From Bilabrum cf. latius (Eukaryota), in assembly GCA_965178125.1 (NCBI GenBank), contig OZ237749.1:930001-994000 (forward strand): DNA of 64,000 bases. Reading direction: 5' to 3'. Positions 12,157 to 25,368 of this stretch are shown here, piece after piece. The notes below the pieces were generated by a model. It was given only the letters and a program-made list of their open reading frames with translations. It was not told where the DNA came from and did no database searches. Both the position numbers and the translations under genes were made by a program. Within the stretch, counting starts at the first letter, position 1. The number at the start of each line of letters is the position of its first letter.

Positions 12157-14592
12157 ATGCAGGTTCAATATTCGGCCGTTTCACCTCCAAAGCTTGCCGC
12201 AGCAGTATCGTATGGGCTGGGAGTGAAGGTTGATTTTAAGAAGGCGAAAGGATCCGCAGCTACGGCCGCACCTGTTCTGGCAACCAGCGACGGGTAAGAA
12301 AAGTAGTCAGGCCATCCCTAGCGTTGCAGCACACAACACAGGGCATCGCGCGTTAGTTTACGTTTTGTTCTTTCAGTCAATTGCAGGTCATTCGTAGCTG
12401 GCGATGCTGCTATCGCGAAGGCGATCTGCCGCAGGGCCGGCGATGTTGGCCAGGCCTTCCTTGGGCAAGCCGGTACTCCCTCAGCCGCTGACGGTGTTGA
12501 CTAGTGGCTCGTCCTCGCTGATGTTGTTCCATCCCTCTCTAGCGCGGTCGAGACGGTTGCTGCCCTCGAAGCGACCCTTAGCAAGCGCACTTACCTTGCA
12601 GGCTACAGCCTGACGCTTGCCGATGCCGCCATGGCGCAGGCTCTGCGATCCAGGAGCGATGCCTCTCTGCCCGAGGCGACTGCGCGGTGGGCTAGCATGT
12701 GCGACGACCGATTCTCGCTCGCAAAGGTGGACCAGAACTTCCCCGCTGGCGGCGAGGCGGCGGCTGCAGCTGCCGGCAAGTCTAAGGGCAAAGGCAAGGG
12801 CAAGGGCGCGGCCTCTGGAGCGGGCGCTGGGCAAGCAGGAAAGGGCAAGGGCAAGGGTGGCGGGGGTGCGGCTGCCGCAGCAGGCGGCAAGGGCAAGGGC
12901 AAGGGGGGCGGCAAGTCCATCTCGGGGTTGACGGGCGCGGAGGAGGGCAAGGTGTGCACGCGATTTCCCCCGGAGCCCAGCGGGTACTTGCACATCGGCC
13001 ATTTGAAGGCTCTGTTGCTGAACGAGCACTTTGCACGGTCGTACGGTGGCAAGCTCCTGATCCGGTTCGACGACACCAACCCGTCCAAGGAGCGCGGCGA
13101 GTTCGCAGAGGCGATCCTCGAGGACATCGGGCGGCTGGACATCCGGCCCGATGCGGTCTCTCACACCTCGGACCACTTCGCGCTCATCGAGGAGTGCGCC
13201 CGCGGCATGATCCGGGAGGGCAAGGCCTACATGGACGACGCCCCGCAGGACGTCATGAAGATCGAGAGGAGGAACGGGATCGAGTCGGTCCACAGGCAGG
13301 CAAGTCCCGAGGAGAACATGGAGAAGTTCGACCTCATGCTCTCGGGGGGCGGGCCCCAGTGGTGCCTCCGCGCCAAGATGGACATGCGGGACCCCAACAA
13401 GGCATGCAGGGACCCGGTGCTCTACCGCGCCAACGACGAGCCGCACATCCGGTTCGGCAGCAAGTACAAGGCGTACCCCACGTACGACTTTGCGTGCCCC
13501 ATCGTCGATTCTCACGAGGGCGTGACCCACGCGCTGCGTACCACCGAGTACAGGGACCGGGACAAGCAGTACCACTGGATGATCAAGGCGCTGGGCATGC
13601 GGCACGTGCACATTTAGGAGTTCTCCCGACTTAACTTCCAGTTCACGCTCATGAGCAAGCGCAAGCTGACGCAGTTCGTGGCCCAGAAGCAGGTGGAGGG
13701 CTGGAGCGACCCCCGCTTCCCCACGGTGCGCGGTATGCTACGGCGCGGGGTGCAGGTCAAGGCGCTCAAGGACTTTATGGTCATGCAGGGAGGCAGCCGA
13801 AGGGACGTGGACATGGAGTGGGACGTGTTCTGGAACGCGAACAAGAAGGTGGTGGACCCTCAGGCGCACCGCTTCTTCGCCATCGTGGCGGAGGGTGCCG
13901 TGCCCGTGCGGCTGTCCAACGGGCCGGAGGGCGTCGAGGTGGGGCGCGTGCAGTTGCATCCCAAGCACCCCGAGTACGGGCACAAGGCCATGCCGCGCAC
14001 CAAGACGGTGCTCATCGAGGCCGAGGACGCAGCGACCGTCCAGGAGGGGGAGGAGATCACGCTGCAGCGGTGGAGCAACGCCATCATCCGGAAGAAGAAC
14101 CTGAGGGCAGACGGGTCGATCGAGAGCATCGACGCCGAGCTCAACCGCGGGGGCGACTTCACCGCCACCAAGAACAGGATCTGCTGGGTGGCCTCTGGGC
14201 CGGGCGCGCAGCCCACGCCTATCGAGGCCGTGGAGTACGACTTTTTGATCACCAAGAGCAAGCTGGAGGAAGGAGACAACGTGGACGACTTCCTGAACCC
14301 CGTGACCATGGCCGTGACTCCCATGCTGGGTGAGGCCGCGCTGGCGGGAGCAAAGGAGGACCAGGTGCTGCAGCTGGAGCGGAGGGCCTACTACAGGGTG
14401 GACAGGCCGCTGGTGGACGAGCGAAGGCCGCTGCGGCTGGTGCTGGTGCCAGACGGGAAGACCAAGAAGACCTCTGCTCTCAGCTCGGCGATCACGAGGA
14501 GAGATGTTGCAAAGCAGAGGGACGCGCAGGCGGCAAAGGGGGGCGCCGGGGACCGGGCGCCCAAGAAGGGTAAGAAGGGCGCGGGCAAGTGA
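12157..14592 (+). CDS. Cytosolic glutamyl-tRNA synthetase with N-terminal GST-like domain, ~780 aa
   Basis: Intron 12294-12386. GST-C-like VD*WL...RTYLAGYSLTLAD, then RFPPEPSGYLHIGH, RFDDTNP, YPTYDFACPIVD, MSKRKL, WSDPRFPTVRG. TAG at 12502 and 13615. Ends TGA. Confidence 0.95.
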
Positions 14593-14856
14593 TATGTGAT
14601 TGGAGCGATGCACGGATCAACCAACAAGCAAGTCGATCCAAGAGTCAACAACGCGATAGAACACCCAAATTCAAGATGCCGCCTCCCACCCGCATGGCAG
14701 TCCACCCGAGCGCTGACAGCGGATCCCAAGAGATGCAATCTGCGTATGAAGCCTGGCGTGCGATCTTCTTGAGATAGCAACCCTATTGCGGCTTCCGACC
14801 TAACGCATCATCTCGACCCAGCTGCCACCCGCTAGCCACCTGCCCGTCGTTGTGCT

Positions 14857-16029
14857 TCAGTCCTGCTTGGGCCTGGTCTTGCCTCGGGACCCAGCGCGTC
14901 CCTTAGTAGCAGAAGCCCGCCTGTGCCTAGCCTCCTCCTCATCGCTGCCCTCATCTTCCTCGTCTGTGCCCGCCCCGGACCGCTCAGCGTACACCATGGC
15001 CAGCGCGCTCTTCTTCCCCTTGTCCAACTCGACCTTGACCCCCTTCTCGTTTGCCCCAGCGCCCTTGCCCTCCTCCTCCTGGGAGTACGGCTCCTCGAAC
15101 CTGACCTCGAAGCCCTTATTCTCGAGCAGCTCCACCACGGCCTCTCTGTTCCCCGGCTCCGTCTCCACCACCACCGCCCGCACCCTGCCCCAGTGCTCGG
15201 GGCGCACCCCCCGGAGTACCGCCATCTCGGCCCCCTCCACGTCCACCTTCAGCAGGTCGATGCTGTCCAGGCCAAGGCGGTCCACATGCTCGCTCAATGT
15301 CCGGATCGTGCACTGCACCGGCTCCGTCTGCGTGGCGATCTGCATGAAGGGCCAGAGGAGGGCCCAGATGAGGGGCCACAGGAGCGGCCGTACACAGGTG
15401 TGGGCGTCCTTGAGCACGCCTTTGACGAAGCCGTCCAAAGTCGCGTTTGGCCTGGACTCCAAGAGATCCTCGGATGACGTGGACCAGACGCTCATCCTGG
15501 GGTGCGACAAAAAGGTCGGGGCGGCCGCCTCGTCCCCGAGGCCCTCGTTGATCACCAGGCCGCCGGCGGGGCATTTGCTCTTGCCGCTCGAATCGGCACG
15601 GAACGACGCAGTGGCTGCATCAATTTTCTTTGTAGCCGGATAGTTCCGCTGAATGTTGCTCGCAAGGCGCTTGAATGTCGAAGGGATGGGCTCGAACGCG
15701 AGCACCCGACCCTCGGTGCCAGCCAGCCTTGCTGCCCACAGGCTGAACATTCCAATGTTCGCGCCTGCATCGACTACTGTCGATCCAGCTTTGATATGCT
15801 TTGCCACTTTGGAGTAACACGACTCCTTGAATATCTCGTGGTAAAGCAGGCTAGTTTCGCCGTTCGAGATTTGATCAACTTCAATGCCATTCGGAAGCTC
15901 TACAACCGCTGGTTCCCATGGTCCGGTAGCTGTCAGCAAGAGCAGCGCACAATAAAGTACACCTATGAGCAGCCCCAGCGTGCATGCCGCCAGAAATGCG
16001 ACCTCCTGGCCGAGCTACCACCCGGTCAT
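14857..16029 (-). CDS. FkbM-family SAM-dependent methyltransferase with N-terminal membrane anchor
   Basis: VVDAGANIGMFS, VLAFEP, IDLLKVDVEGAE. The ORF extends through TAG 16015 to ATG 16029, adding a hydrophobic helix. Ends TGA. Confidence 0.85.
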
Positions 16030-16363
16030 CGTCGGTAGAGAACTCACGGATGGAGGCAGCACCTCGTAGGCTCCAAATCCTGCGGCGCCAATACCTATGA
16101 CTGCTAAACACGAATATATTATTTCTAGTGGAGTCATTCTGGAACTGTCCGACCGCTATGAGTGCAAATTGGGCAGCTGAATTATTCCAACTCGGAGCTT
16201 CAACATCCACATCGGTCGAAAGCTTCATTCGGCCTTCTAGCCGGGATCTGTTTTGTGATAGAGCATTCATACATCTGTACTGTCTAGCGGGGAAAAGCAG
16301 GTACGTATCCATTGATGGCTTAGGAGGCAAGGCGACCGAATCGACTGTGAGTGAACCTGCGGC

Positions 16364-16813
16364 ATGTCAGGAGCTGGTAGTGGGAAGCCGGCGGCAAAGA
16401 CTGCATCGAAAAAGAAAAAACAGAAGGATGGGTAGAAAAAGAATGCGAAGCCGGCCCAGAAGCCTGGTGGTGGTCAAGCGCAAGGCAAGAGCCGCGGCAA
16501 AGGCAAGAACACAGGCGGAGGCAAAGGCCAAGGCCAGGCCAAGAACAAAGGCAAATCCAAAGGCAACACTGGTGGTAGAAACAAGAGTAATAGCAAAAAG
16601 CAAAGAGCCCGTAGCGGAGCAGAGAAGGCGTCGGGAGGCAACGGATAGACGGGTGGGTTTGGTGGTGCCGCAGCGTCTGTGAGCAGCAAAGGTGCTGGCG
16701 CTCCCGGTAGTGCTGCTGCGCATGGAGCTGGACTATCCTACATTGCGGAATAGCTCGATTTGCCGCACGTTGATATGGTCGACGCGCTTGCGGTGCTAGA
16801 TACCTTGTATTGA
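16364..16813 (+). CDS. Small Gly/Lys/Gln-rich basic protein (149 aa), absent from the ORF track
   Basis: MSGAGSGKPAAKTASKKKKQKDG*KKN...LSYIAE*LDLPHVDMVDALAVLDTLY-TGA, with TAG at 16433, 16646 and 16751. Coding-like composition. An upstream exon is possible. Confidence 0.55.
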
Positions 16814-16937
16814 TCGCTGGTGAACCTACAGCTTTCACTCGAGCCGCCTGCCAATGATTTTTATGCAAACAATGTGTAGAGTGCCATGCAACACGCGCAT
16901 ATAGTGCAATGGATAGCCTGCACCCTGAACCCAATCG

Positions 16938-19068
16938 TCACGCTTGCGGAACGATGGAGCCATAGGTATCGCTGCCCATCCGGTCGGCCCTACCCTCCTG
17001 CAGCCTGAGGGCCTGCTCGGGGCTGGCCCCAGCCTCGGCCCCCGAGCCATGCCCCGACCCGCCCCCGGCCCCCACACTGTTCCCCAGCAGCGCCCGCCTG
17101 CCACCTTCCTCCGCAACCCCCTTGCCCCCCTCACCCGCACCCGCACCAGCGGCCTGGCTCTTGCTGTCGCCATGCCCAGCCCCATCCCCGTCCAGCGGCT
17201 TCCCCGCAGTCTCCTTGCCCATGAACAGACTGGCGATGGCCGCCACCACAGACATGCTCCCAAAGATGTACACCGCCAGCCGCACCTGCCCCTTGGCCAC
17301 CAGCCCCTGCCCCACGAAGGGCGCCACCATCCCGCCCACCCGACTCAGCGAGTTGGCGATTCCAAAGGCCCTCGCCCGGATCCTCGTGGGGAACAGTTCC
17401 GGCGTGATGATGAACAGAGCCGTGAAGGCGCTCAGGATGGCCGCCCTGCCTACAAAGATCACCACCGTCCTCATGATGCCCTCCTTCACGCCCAATAGCA
17501 AGAAGAACGACAGCGCGCCCACCAGCAAGCTGCTCGACTGCACCGCCTTGCGACCAATCACGTCGATCATGAAGGCGCAGAACATGAGCCCGGGCACCTC
17601 TGCACTGGACTCGATCGCGATGCTGGCGTAGTCCCCATCGTCCAGAGGCACGCTCCCGTCCGCAGGACAGCCCCCGTTCTCGTTGACAGCCACCTACGTG
17701 GCCAGCAGCACCAACCCGTAGTACGTGAATGCGTTGGTCACCCACACGAGCCACAGCACCAGGGTAAGCAGCACATAGGGGGGCGACAGCACCTCCATGA
17801 AAGCACCCAACAGGCTGCGGTCGCCTGCCACGGACTGCCAGCACCCACCCGCGCACGTGTCCTCGCCCCCCTCGGCCCCTGCCAACCCCAGCCCCTTCCT
17901 ACCGCCGTCCGTCTCGGCGCCCCTTCGCTCCAGGTCGTGCCTCTCCCCCCCGGTCAGCTCGAGCCCCACCCCACTCGCCCTCGCCTCGGGAGGACCCCCT
18001 TCCTCCACCTCTACGCCCCCCGCGGGCACATCGTCGCTGTGTTCTCCAGCACCGCTCGAAATGGCATGCGGGTCTACGCCCTCGGTGGCCTCCTGCATGG
18101 AAATGGGCCTGAGCCTTGCCTCCTGCAGGAGCTCCAGGGCCTTGTGGGAGCCGTTGGAGCGAGCAATGGACCGGAGCACTTGCTCGGCCTCCTCCTCCCT
18201 GCCCTTGGCAAGTAGCCATCGAGGCGACTCGTGGGCAAAGAAAAATCCAACGGCGAGGACGAAGAGCGGGATGGCACTGAAGCCGAGCAGCCAGCGCCAG
18301 CCCATGGACCGCAGCACCAGGTAGGCAAGAAGGCACTGAGTGAGCGTGCCGATGGCCCAGAACCCCTGGATGAGGCTGCCCCACATCCCGCGAGAGACAG
18401 TGGGTACGATTTCCAGGAACATCGACAGCATGACGGGGACCCCCCCGATGCCAAAACCCGTGAGTGCGCGCAGCAGCAGGAGCAGCCACACGTTGGGCGC
18501 CAGAGCAGAAGCTAGGCCGGATACTCCTACCAAAGCGCTGCTCAGAATAATGCATAGCCTTCTGCCGTACATGTCTGCCACTGCACCCCACGCGTTTGCG
18601 CCAAAAAACATACCAATGAACACCACCGTGGAGATGAGCGATTCTTGCTCGCTCGTGATAGCTATGCCATGGTCACACGACACAGCCGGACCCAAAAATG
18701 ACAATATCATAATTTCCATAGCATCAGCTGCGCGATATCGAGGCGTTTGAACGGGTGAGACGTTGCGAGGGCCTGCCGAGTGCGATACAGTGGCGTGAGG
18801 CAAATGAAGTTGGTCTTTTTTGACGCTTTCTGTCGTCTCACATGCATAACCAAGCCCACCCAGGCAAAGAAGTACTATCTGCGACATGCGTATGCCCAAA
18901 AACTAGCGTGATACATCCGAGATGACCCCGATCTGGGCAATACATTGCTATTCAAGTACTATTCAAGCAAACAGCTCGTAAGGGCCGCCTGAGAGTGCGA
19001 CTCACCTGGTACTGACCCCACCCAACTGTGTTTACCACCTCATCGATTCCTACTTGACGCCGCTCCAT
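16938..19068 (-). CDS. MFS transporter, SVOP/organic cation transporter-like, ~629 aa
   Basis: Introns 18879-19005 and 18728-18841 give GWGQYQ|IVLL...GYASDAMEIMILS. Motifs DMYGRR, ESPRWL, DVIGRK, PELFPTRIR. TAG at 17694 (YYGLVLLAT*V). Ends TGA. Confidence 0.9.
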
Positions 19069-19167
19069 GCGCGCCATTGCAGTGAGCGAGAAACGAACAC
19101 TCGCCCTTGGCCACACCAGCATTCGTCACAGTGCAGCAGCTCGCTGCTTGCCACTGGCAGCGGAGCA

Positions 19168-20799
19168 TCACTGCCTCCCAGGCTCCTTTCCTACCCCTTG
19201 ATCGGGTTCCTGACTTGTCTATTCCTTACCGTCTGTATTTCGTGCTGCGATTTGCTCCTACTGCTTGCTTTTGTCCGCAACGACTTCGGCCTGCCGAGCC
19301 GCTGCCTGCGCCCGCAGGGCCGCCAGCTGCTCCCTTTGTTCCTTGGAAAACATGTGCCCCAGGGCCGCGTAGTTCTCCACAGCTTCTTGCAGCAACGCTG
19401 CGTTCTTCAGCTTGACCCCCTTCTCCTCCGCCCGCTTGGCCACGAGCAGGAACACTTCGGCCGGGGGCGTGCGCGCGGGCAACCTCTGCGCCTCCTCGAT
19501 GATGGACGCCGCTGCAGCCTGGCTCTCGCCGTCCATCTCCAGCTCGATCTGCAGCGTCTGAGATCCACCCGGGGCGCCCAGCGGCCGCGAGTTCCATACA
19601 TACGTGTGGTCCTCCTCCACGCCCCCCTCCTCCTCCTCCGCGGTCCCGCCGGCAGCGGCACCACCATTCAGCCCCTGCCCCTGCCCTGGCACTGGCTCTG
19701 GCTCTGGCTGCATGGCCGCGCCCAAATCGCCCGCATCCACGGTGGCCCCCGCTTCCACCTCCACCATCCTCGCGCGCACCTGCTTGATCCGATCCTCGAG
19801 CTCGCCCTCGTACCCCAGCGAGGCCGCCCGCTCCAGCAGCTCAAGGGCGCGAGGCAGGTCAGCGGGCCCGCCCAGACCCGCCTCCAGCACGTACGACAGG
19901 CTCAGCAGGCTGGGCACGAAATCCAGGCGGGCGGCCTCTTCCAAGTAGCCCCTCGCGACGCCCTCGTTCTTGCCCACCCCCTCGCCCTGCAGGTAGCAGA
20001 CCCCCACGTTGTGCAGGGCCACGGGGCGGCCCGACCTGGCGGCCTTCTCTAGAAGGTGAAAGGAGCGCTCGGGGTCTTCGGGGACGCCCTCCCCGCGCTG
20101 CAAGCGACGGGCGAGGTGTACCTGTGCCACCGGGTCACCACGCTTCGCCGCAAGTCGGAGCCAGCGGAGGGCCTCCTCGTCGTTGGGCTCCACCCCTTGG
20201 CCGTAGGCGTAAATGTTGTGCACATTGTAGGCGGCCGGGGCCACGCCTTTGTCTGCCGCGCAAATGTACAAGTCTAGCGCCCGCTTTAGTTGTACCCTGC
20301 TAGCTGAATCTTTCGCGTCCTTGTGCCGATCGTACAGGATGTTCGCGAGACCAAACATTGAGTACCCGTGATCTGCTTTCCTAACGATAGTTTCGTACAC
20401 TTTTTCGGCTACTTTGGGAGCGGGACCTCCATACACTTCTTTGCAAATGCCCAAGCCCTTGTTGATGCAATGGGCAAGGTTGTAGTAGCTCTCTAGGTCT
20501 CCCTTTTTCGTTGCTAGCGTCCACATCACGGTGGCAGTACGAATATCCTACTTTGTGCCAGAGCCGTGAAATGCCCGCTCACCAAGAATGCGTAACTCTT
20601 TTGATGTTTTTGATTCAAGCAATTCCTATGGCGATGCAGCGTACTGCGAAGCGAATTCATCCTGGACAGCCTGTCGAGGCTTTATGCCTTCCAATTCTGC
20701 CTTTGCCTATCGAAGCACCTCCTTAGGATCTTGCCTGCGAAACACACTACCAATTGCAGATGATACGCGTCCAGCTGCACCCCTTAGACTCCTCCACAT
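19168..20799 (-). CDS. Sel1-like repeat protein with possible mitochondrial presequence, ~543 aa
   Basis: Repeated GxGV..(D/N)...A..W...AA..G motifs. N-terminus MWRSLRGAAGRVSS. TAG at 20707, 20626, 20548, 19258 and 19219. Ends TGA. Confidence 0.85.
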
Positions 20800-21029
20800 C
20801 TTGTCTGCAGAGTGGAGCGGCGCGATGGATGCCTGATGGCAGCTCCGAATCAGCGCAGTGGCGGAGCTGCACAGCGATGATACTGGTCACCGAACGCAAC
20901 GATGACGCCCCAGCGCAGCGACATCGCACGCAGGGCTCGCAGCGAAGCTTGTACCATGTTCTAGTGCCTCCAGGCTCGCCGTGCTCTTCTGCAATCCTTG
21001 CAGCTGATCAGCAGCTCTGCCTGCCGTCA

Positions 21030-21911
21030 TCACTGGCGACCCTGTGTGGATCCGTGCCTGGTGGCAGAGGGCTTCGTATGCGTGCGCGCGCCTTCATTGG
21101 TCGTTGCAACGCCCTTAACCCCGCCCTGCGACTCCCTCACTCCGTCGTTCATCCCGTGAGCACGGGGGCTCGGGGCCAGCATGGCGGCCACCAGCTTGCC
21201 CGTTCCCACCAGCACCAGCAGCAGAAACGCAGCACCTCCCGCCGCGTACGCGTAGCTTCGTCGGAGCGTATCGCTAGCGCTCTTGCCTGCGTACTCAACG
21301 ACCGTGTCCCGTTCCCCGATCGGAACCTCTACAGCAAGCTGGCCGTCGGGCTGCGCACCATCGGCCACCAGCACATCCAGAGACCACTGCGCACCCATGA
21401 GGTGAGCTATCTTGAGCTCCCCTGTATCGCCACCAACGTGCTCGAGCAGCTTGGCCGGTGGCTTTGACTTGCCGGCTAGCTGGACTTCGGTCAAAGGGTC
21501 GCCCCAAGCTCTCAAGCGGCAGCCTCTGTACCCTTTGCCGTCGACCGGGGCTTGCTAACTATCCTGCGTCACTTGCAGTTCAGCATTCGCCTTCTCAGAG
21601 GCAACTTCATATAATAGGGGCCCTAGCGTGTTGATAATGCTGTCTTGTAGCGGTGCGCGACTGACGGTCTAGATCTATCGCAGCACATCATCGCTACCAT
21701 GCTGCTTAATCTGCAGCTAGAAAACGTCAAACCCAAGCAAGTTAGCTGGACCACATGTAGCTTTGGAAACATTGGCAGATGCGTCCTTATCGTACTGCAG
21801 AGACACTCGAAGCTTTTGCAACTGCAAAATCACATCGCCGTGGTTGTTCAGCGTAGACACACGCCGCAAGCCAGTTCCAAAGCTCGTCGCCATACACCGA
21901 GAGGTCAGCAT
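21030..21911 (-). CDS. Hypothetical protein with C-terminal transmembrane helix (~293 aa)
   Basis: ORFs 21717-21941 and 21030-21515 are in one frame, joined through TAG at 21717, 21675, 21669 and 21555. Ends TGA TGA. No family recognised. Confidence 0.55.
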
Positions 21912-22155
21912 ATTTGTTTTACGTATTGCACGGACTAGCATATGCGTATTAAGCTTTTGTATGCAATTTTGAGGTTGGATCCAAAAAACAGAACCGGATT
22001 CCGGATTGGATCAGCTGCTTGAGTGCAATTGTGCAAATCTGGTCGGCGCCGCGCCCAGTGAATGGCATCATCGTTCATCATGCCCGCCACTTTGTCTCCC
22101 TCACGCGACATGTCCACCCTGTGCGCCTGCTTTGCTCCTGGACCGCATTCGACAC

Positions 22156-22989
22156 TCAGAATCCAGGCGCAGAGGCACAGGCAGCCGCGACTTGCTCCGT
22201 GGAGAGGGCAGACCCGTACACTGCCAGGCCCCCGAGCAGCCCGTTGAACCGGTTGTGGACAAGGGCAGGGCCGCCGGATGTCTCGTTGACGAAGTTAGCT
22301 CCCACGCCAAAGTTGGCCCCCTGCGCTTCCGTGGGAGGCCTGTAGATGCCTTTGGGGTAGGGGAAGGGGTTGTTCTGGGGCTCCTCGTACAGCTGCCCGT
22401 TCAGGTACGCCCGGATGGCCAGCCCGTCGTAGGTCATGCCCACGCATTGCCACTTATCGTGCGGGACGGGCTAGCCGGAGCACGCCCTCGTCACGCAGTA
22501 CTTGTGCCCCGGAGTCGGCCCCCCCACTGCTGAGATGTGGCCGACGACCGCGTCCCTCGGCTCGCACACACCGAGGTTCAGGAACAGAGCGTACTGCCGC
22601 GCCTTCATGTACTCGTTCCACACCCCACCGATGAACGCTCCCGCACTCCAAGCCGGAGTCGTCTCCCATTTGATCCAGGCGAGCATCGAAACAGTCGCGT
22701 TTGGACCGTAGATATGCGTCAATTCTGGCGCACTTTCTCTCGGAATTCTGAGCAGTTGCCCCTGCCGAATGAATGCAGAATACTATCCCCATACTCCATT
22801 GCTGCTTCTTTGCACGGGATCGCTGCTGTTGTAGTCATGCAGCGGAAAATTTCCGACCTGAGATTGCCTCGGCTACCCCGTCGCTTCCTGGAAGTCCCAG
22901 AAAGCGATTGGCTGTGGACCGACTGGAACTTTTGCAAAGGTCTATTGAATGGCAAGAAAAGCTGCAAACGCCGTCATTGGTTTCCTCAT
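22156..22989 (-). CDS. Secreted LamG/concanavalin-like jelly-roll protein (277 aa)
   Basis: Signal-peptide-like start, AFWDFQE, W.CVGMTYDG..IRAYLNG, FNGLLGGLAVY..AL. TAG at 22942, 22873, 22783 and 22471. No intron. Ends TGA. Confidence 0.8.
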
Positions 22990-23124
22990 GCTGCAAAAAA
23001 AAGTTACGCAAGCCTCACAGATCCAAGCAAAAGCAACCGACGAGCAGCCAGCGATGACGCGTATCGATCATCGTACGGTTGCCCGCGGCGGCGAGCGATT
23101 CGACCCGAAACCGATCCAAGCTCA

Positions 23125-25368
23125 TCACGCATCGCACCAGCTCGCCCCGTCCACTTCCACGTCCACGTCTCCCATGGCATAGGTCCGGCTCCCCTCGGCC
23201 CCTTGCAGCACCAGCGATGCACCCCCGCAGCACCCACCCCCCCCCTCCCCGGCCACCTCCACCCGGGGGAGCTGCCCCCCCTTCTCACCGTCCATCACCA
23301 CTAGGACCACGAGGAACGACCCGTCTCCAGCCCGAGCGCCTGCGGTGCTTCCCGCCGCAACCGCTCCAGCTCCTGGCGCAGACGCAGAAGCACCCTCCGA
23401 AACACCGCCGGCAGCCGCCACATCGACCCACGTATTATTGTGGTACAGCTTGTCTCCGTAGGGATACCCGAGCGAGTGAGAGTCGCCGGGGATGCCCCTG
23501 TGCACGCTGCCCCTCCGCAAGGAATAGTTCCCCGCCCGGGGCCAGCCCACGAACGCGTGCACACTGCCGATTGCTGGGGCCCCTTGGCCCTCGCTGCCCG
23601 GCCGCCGGGACACGATCGCATCCAGGGCCTCCTGCGCCGCCTGCTTGGCCTCTGGTGACACGGTCAGGCGGAAGGTCTCCGGCACGGCCACGCCTCCCGG
23701 TGTTCGCACGCTGTGTTCCCCAGCCCCAGCCCCAGCCCCAGCCTAGCCACCGCCCTCGCCCTCACCCTCGCCCTCGTCCTCGTTCTCGTCCTCGGTCCGC
23801 AGCAGCTCGAGGTCGTTGAAGTCTGGGGTGTTGAGGCGCCACACGCTGCCGTTGCTCGAGGTATCGCCCACGACCACGACCGCCTTGACGCCCCCGCCGA
23901 GCGCGCCCGCCGCCCCAAAGTCGGCCAGCACCCGCCTCGTGTGGTTCCCCACGAACGTCGCTGACCCTCGCACCACGGAAAAGGCCCCCAGGCCCTCTTT
24001 GAGGCATGGCTGCCTGAGCAGCTGCCCCCGTGCCTGCGTGTCCCCGTCTGAAATCAGCTCCGGGTCCTCAGGGAACAACGAGGTCTGCCCCTAGGGCTTG
24101 GTGATGCGGCCCGCGCCCGCCGCCCACGCGCTGCCAGCCCCCAGCAGCCTGAACCCGTTCACGTCGGAGGAGCTGTGGCACTGGTAGCACTGCCTGTGCT
24201 TGGCCGTGTGCTGCACGATGATGTCGCTGCCGTCCATGGCGTGTCCCGACCGCGCCAGCGTCATGCCGTACGACGTGTCGTTGTACACGAGCCAGCCATC
24301 TGTCGGCGGCTCGCTGGGCCCTTCCTCCTCTGGCAAGAACAGGAGGGCATACAGTGCCCCGCCCCTATACGAAGAGAAGTGCCTGTCGCCCAGATTGCCG
24401 TACATCCTGCGGTAGGCCCTCAGCATGCCGGGAAGGTGCTCGGGCAGCGACACCCCTGGGCCGAACGCGAGGTTGGCGGACCCCTGCGCGGTGCAGATCG
24501 CGTTGTCGTCCACAAAGTCGTTGTGCAGGCCCAGGCTAGGGCCGGCTGCAGCTGGGTCTTGCGAATCGAACGAGGGGTACGGCAGAGCGGCGCACGCCAG
24601 GTAGGTCGTGAACAGCATCTGCCGGGCCGGAGGCACCTCGGCCCCGAAGTCAAATCCCCACAGCCGGCGCGCGGCAATCACGAACGGGCCGGTGAACTGC
24701 CACGGATAAAATGTGTACCCTTTTCCCTCAGGATCCCACCCGCGCTGCTCCGATTCATGCAGCCGGTGCCCCTGGTTCGCCCGAAGGTGTCCCATGAGGT
24801 AGTCGAAGGCATTTTTCCCGCGCCGCTCGCACTCTGTCTCGTCGCAAGCCGCAAAACAGAGCCCAGCAGAGGCATATCGGACAGCTTCATGATTATTGCC
24901 GAAACCGTTGACGCCGTCGAACTCGTACATTAGCGAGTAACCGTTAGAAATGAGCTATACAGACAAGTTGGATCTCGTGGCTTCAGGCCATTCCTGATAG
25001 CACCCATCAAACGCGATTGCTACCCCTACTGAGAAGTACGCCCGTGTCAGCCCTCTTGCACTCGTGTTCGCCCACATGCCAGACTCGTACACTACAAACT
25101 TAGCGAGCTCCAGGGCTTGAGTGCAGTACCCGCGGTTGCCCGTCGCAAGGTATGCCCCCGGCAGCGATCGCAACAGCGTTCCGTTGTAGTAAGGCTCTGT
25201 ATGATTGTCCAATGGATCAACCAAGAGCTTTGCAATTGACGCGTAAGGCTCTCTCGCAGCCTTGGCCCGAATCGTTGGAATGTCGCTGCTGCTCCAAAGG
25301 AGCCTTGGATGGTCCTGCGCTATGCCTTGCACCGCAAGCGCAGCAGCCGCGAAGAATGCTAGCAGCAT
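23125..25368 (-). CDS. Secreted heparinase II/III-like (polysaccharide lyase-like) protein, ~747 aa
   Basis: Signal peptide then HPRLLW....IPTIRAK (typical N-terminus), GNNH, EGKGYTFY, HSSSDVNGFRL. TAG at 24955, 24091 and 23743. Ends TGA TGA. Family call rests on motif recall only. Confidence 0.65.

Noticed and set aside
13615-13617. A-to-I editing of UAG to Trp (fits GluRS HI*EF, where some homologs have W)
   Set aside because: Most TAGs lie in acidic or coiled-coil contexts (QE**V, EP*EGEG, VD*WL) where Trp is implausible. Not formally excluded without RNA data.
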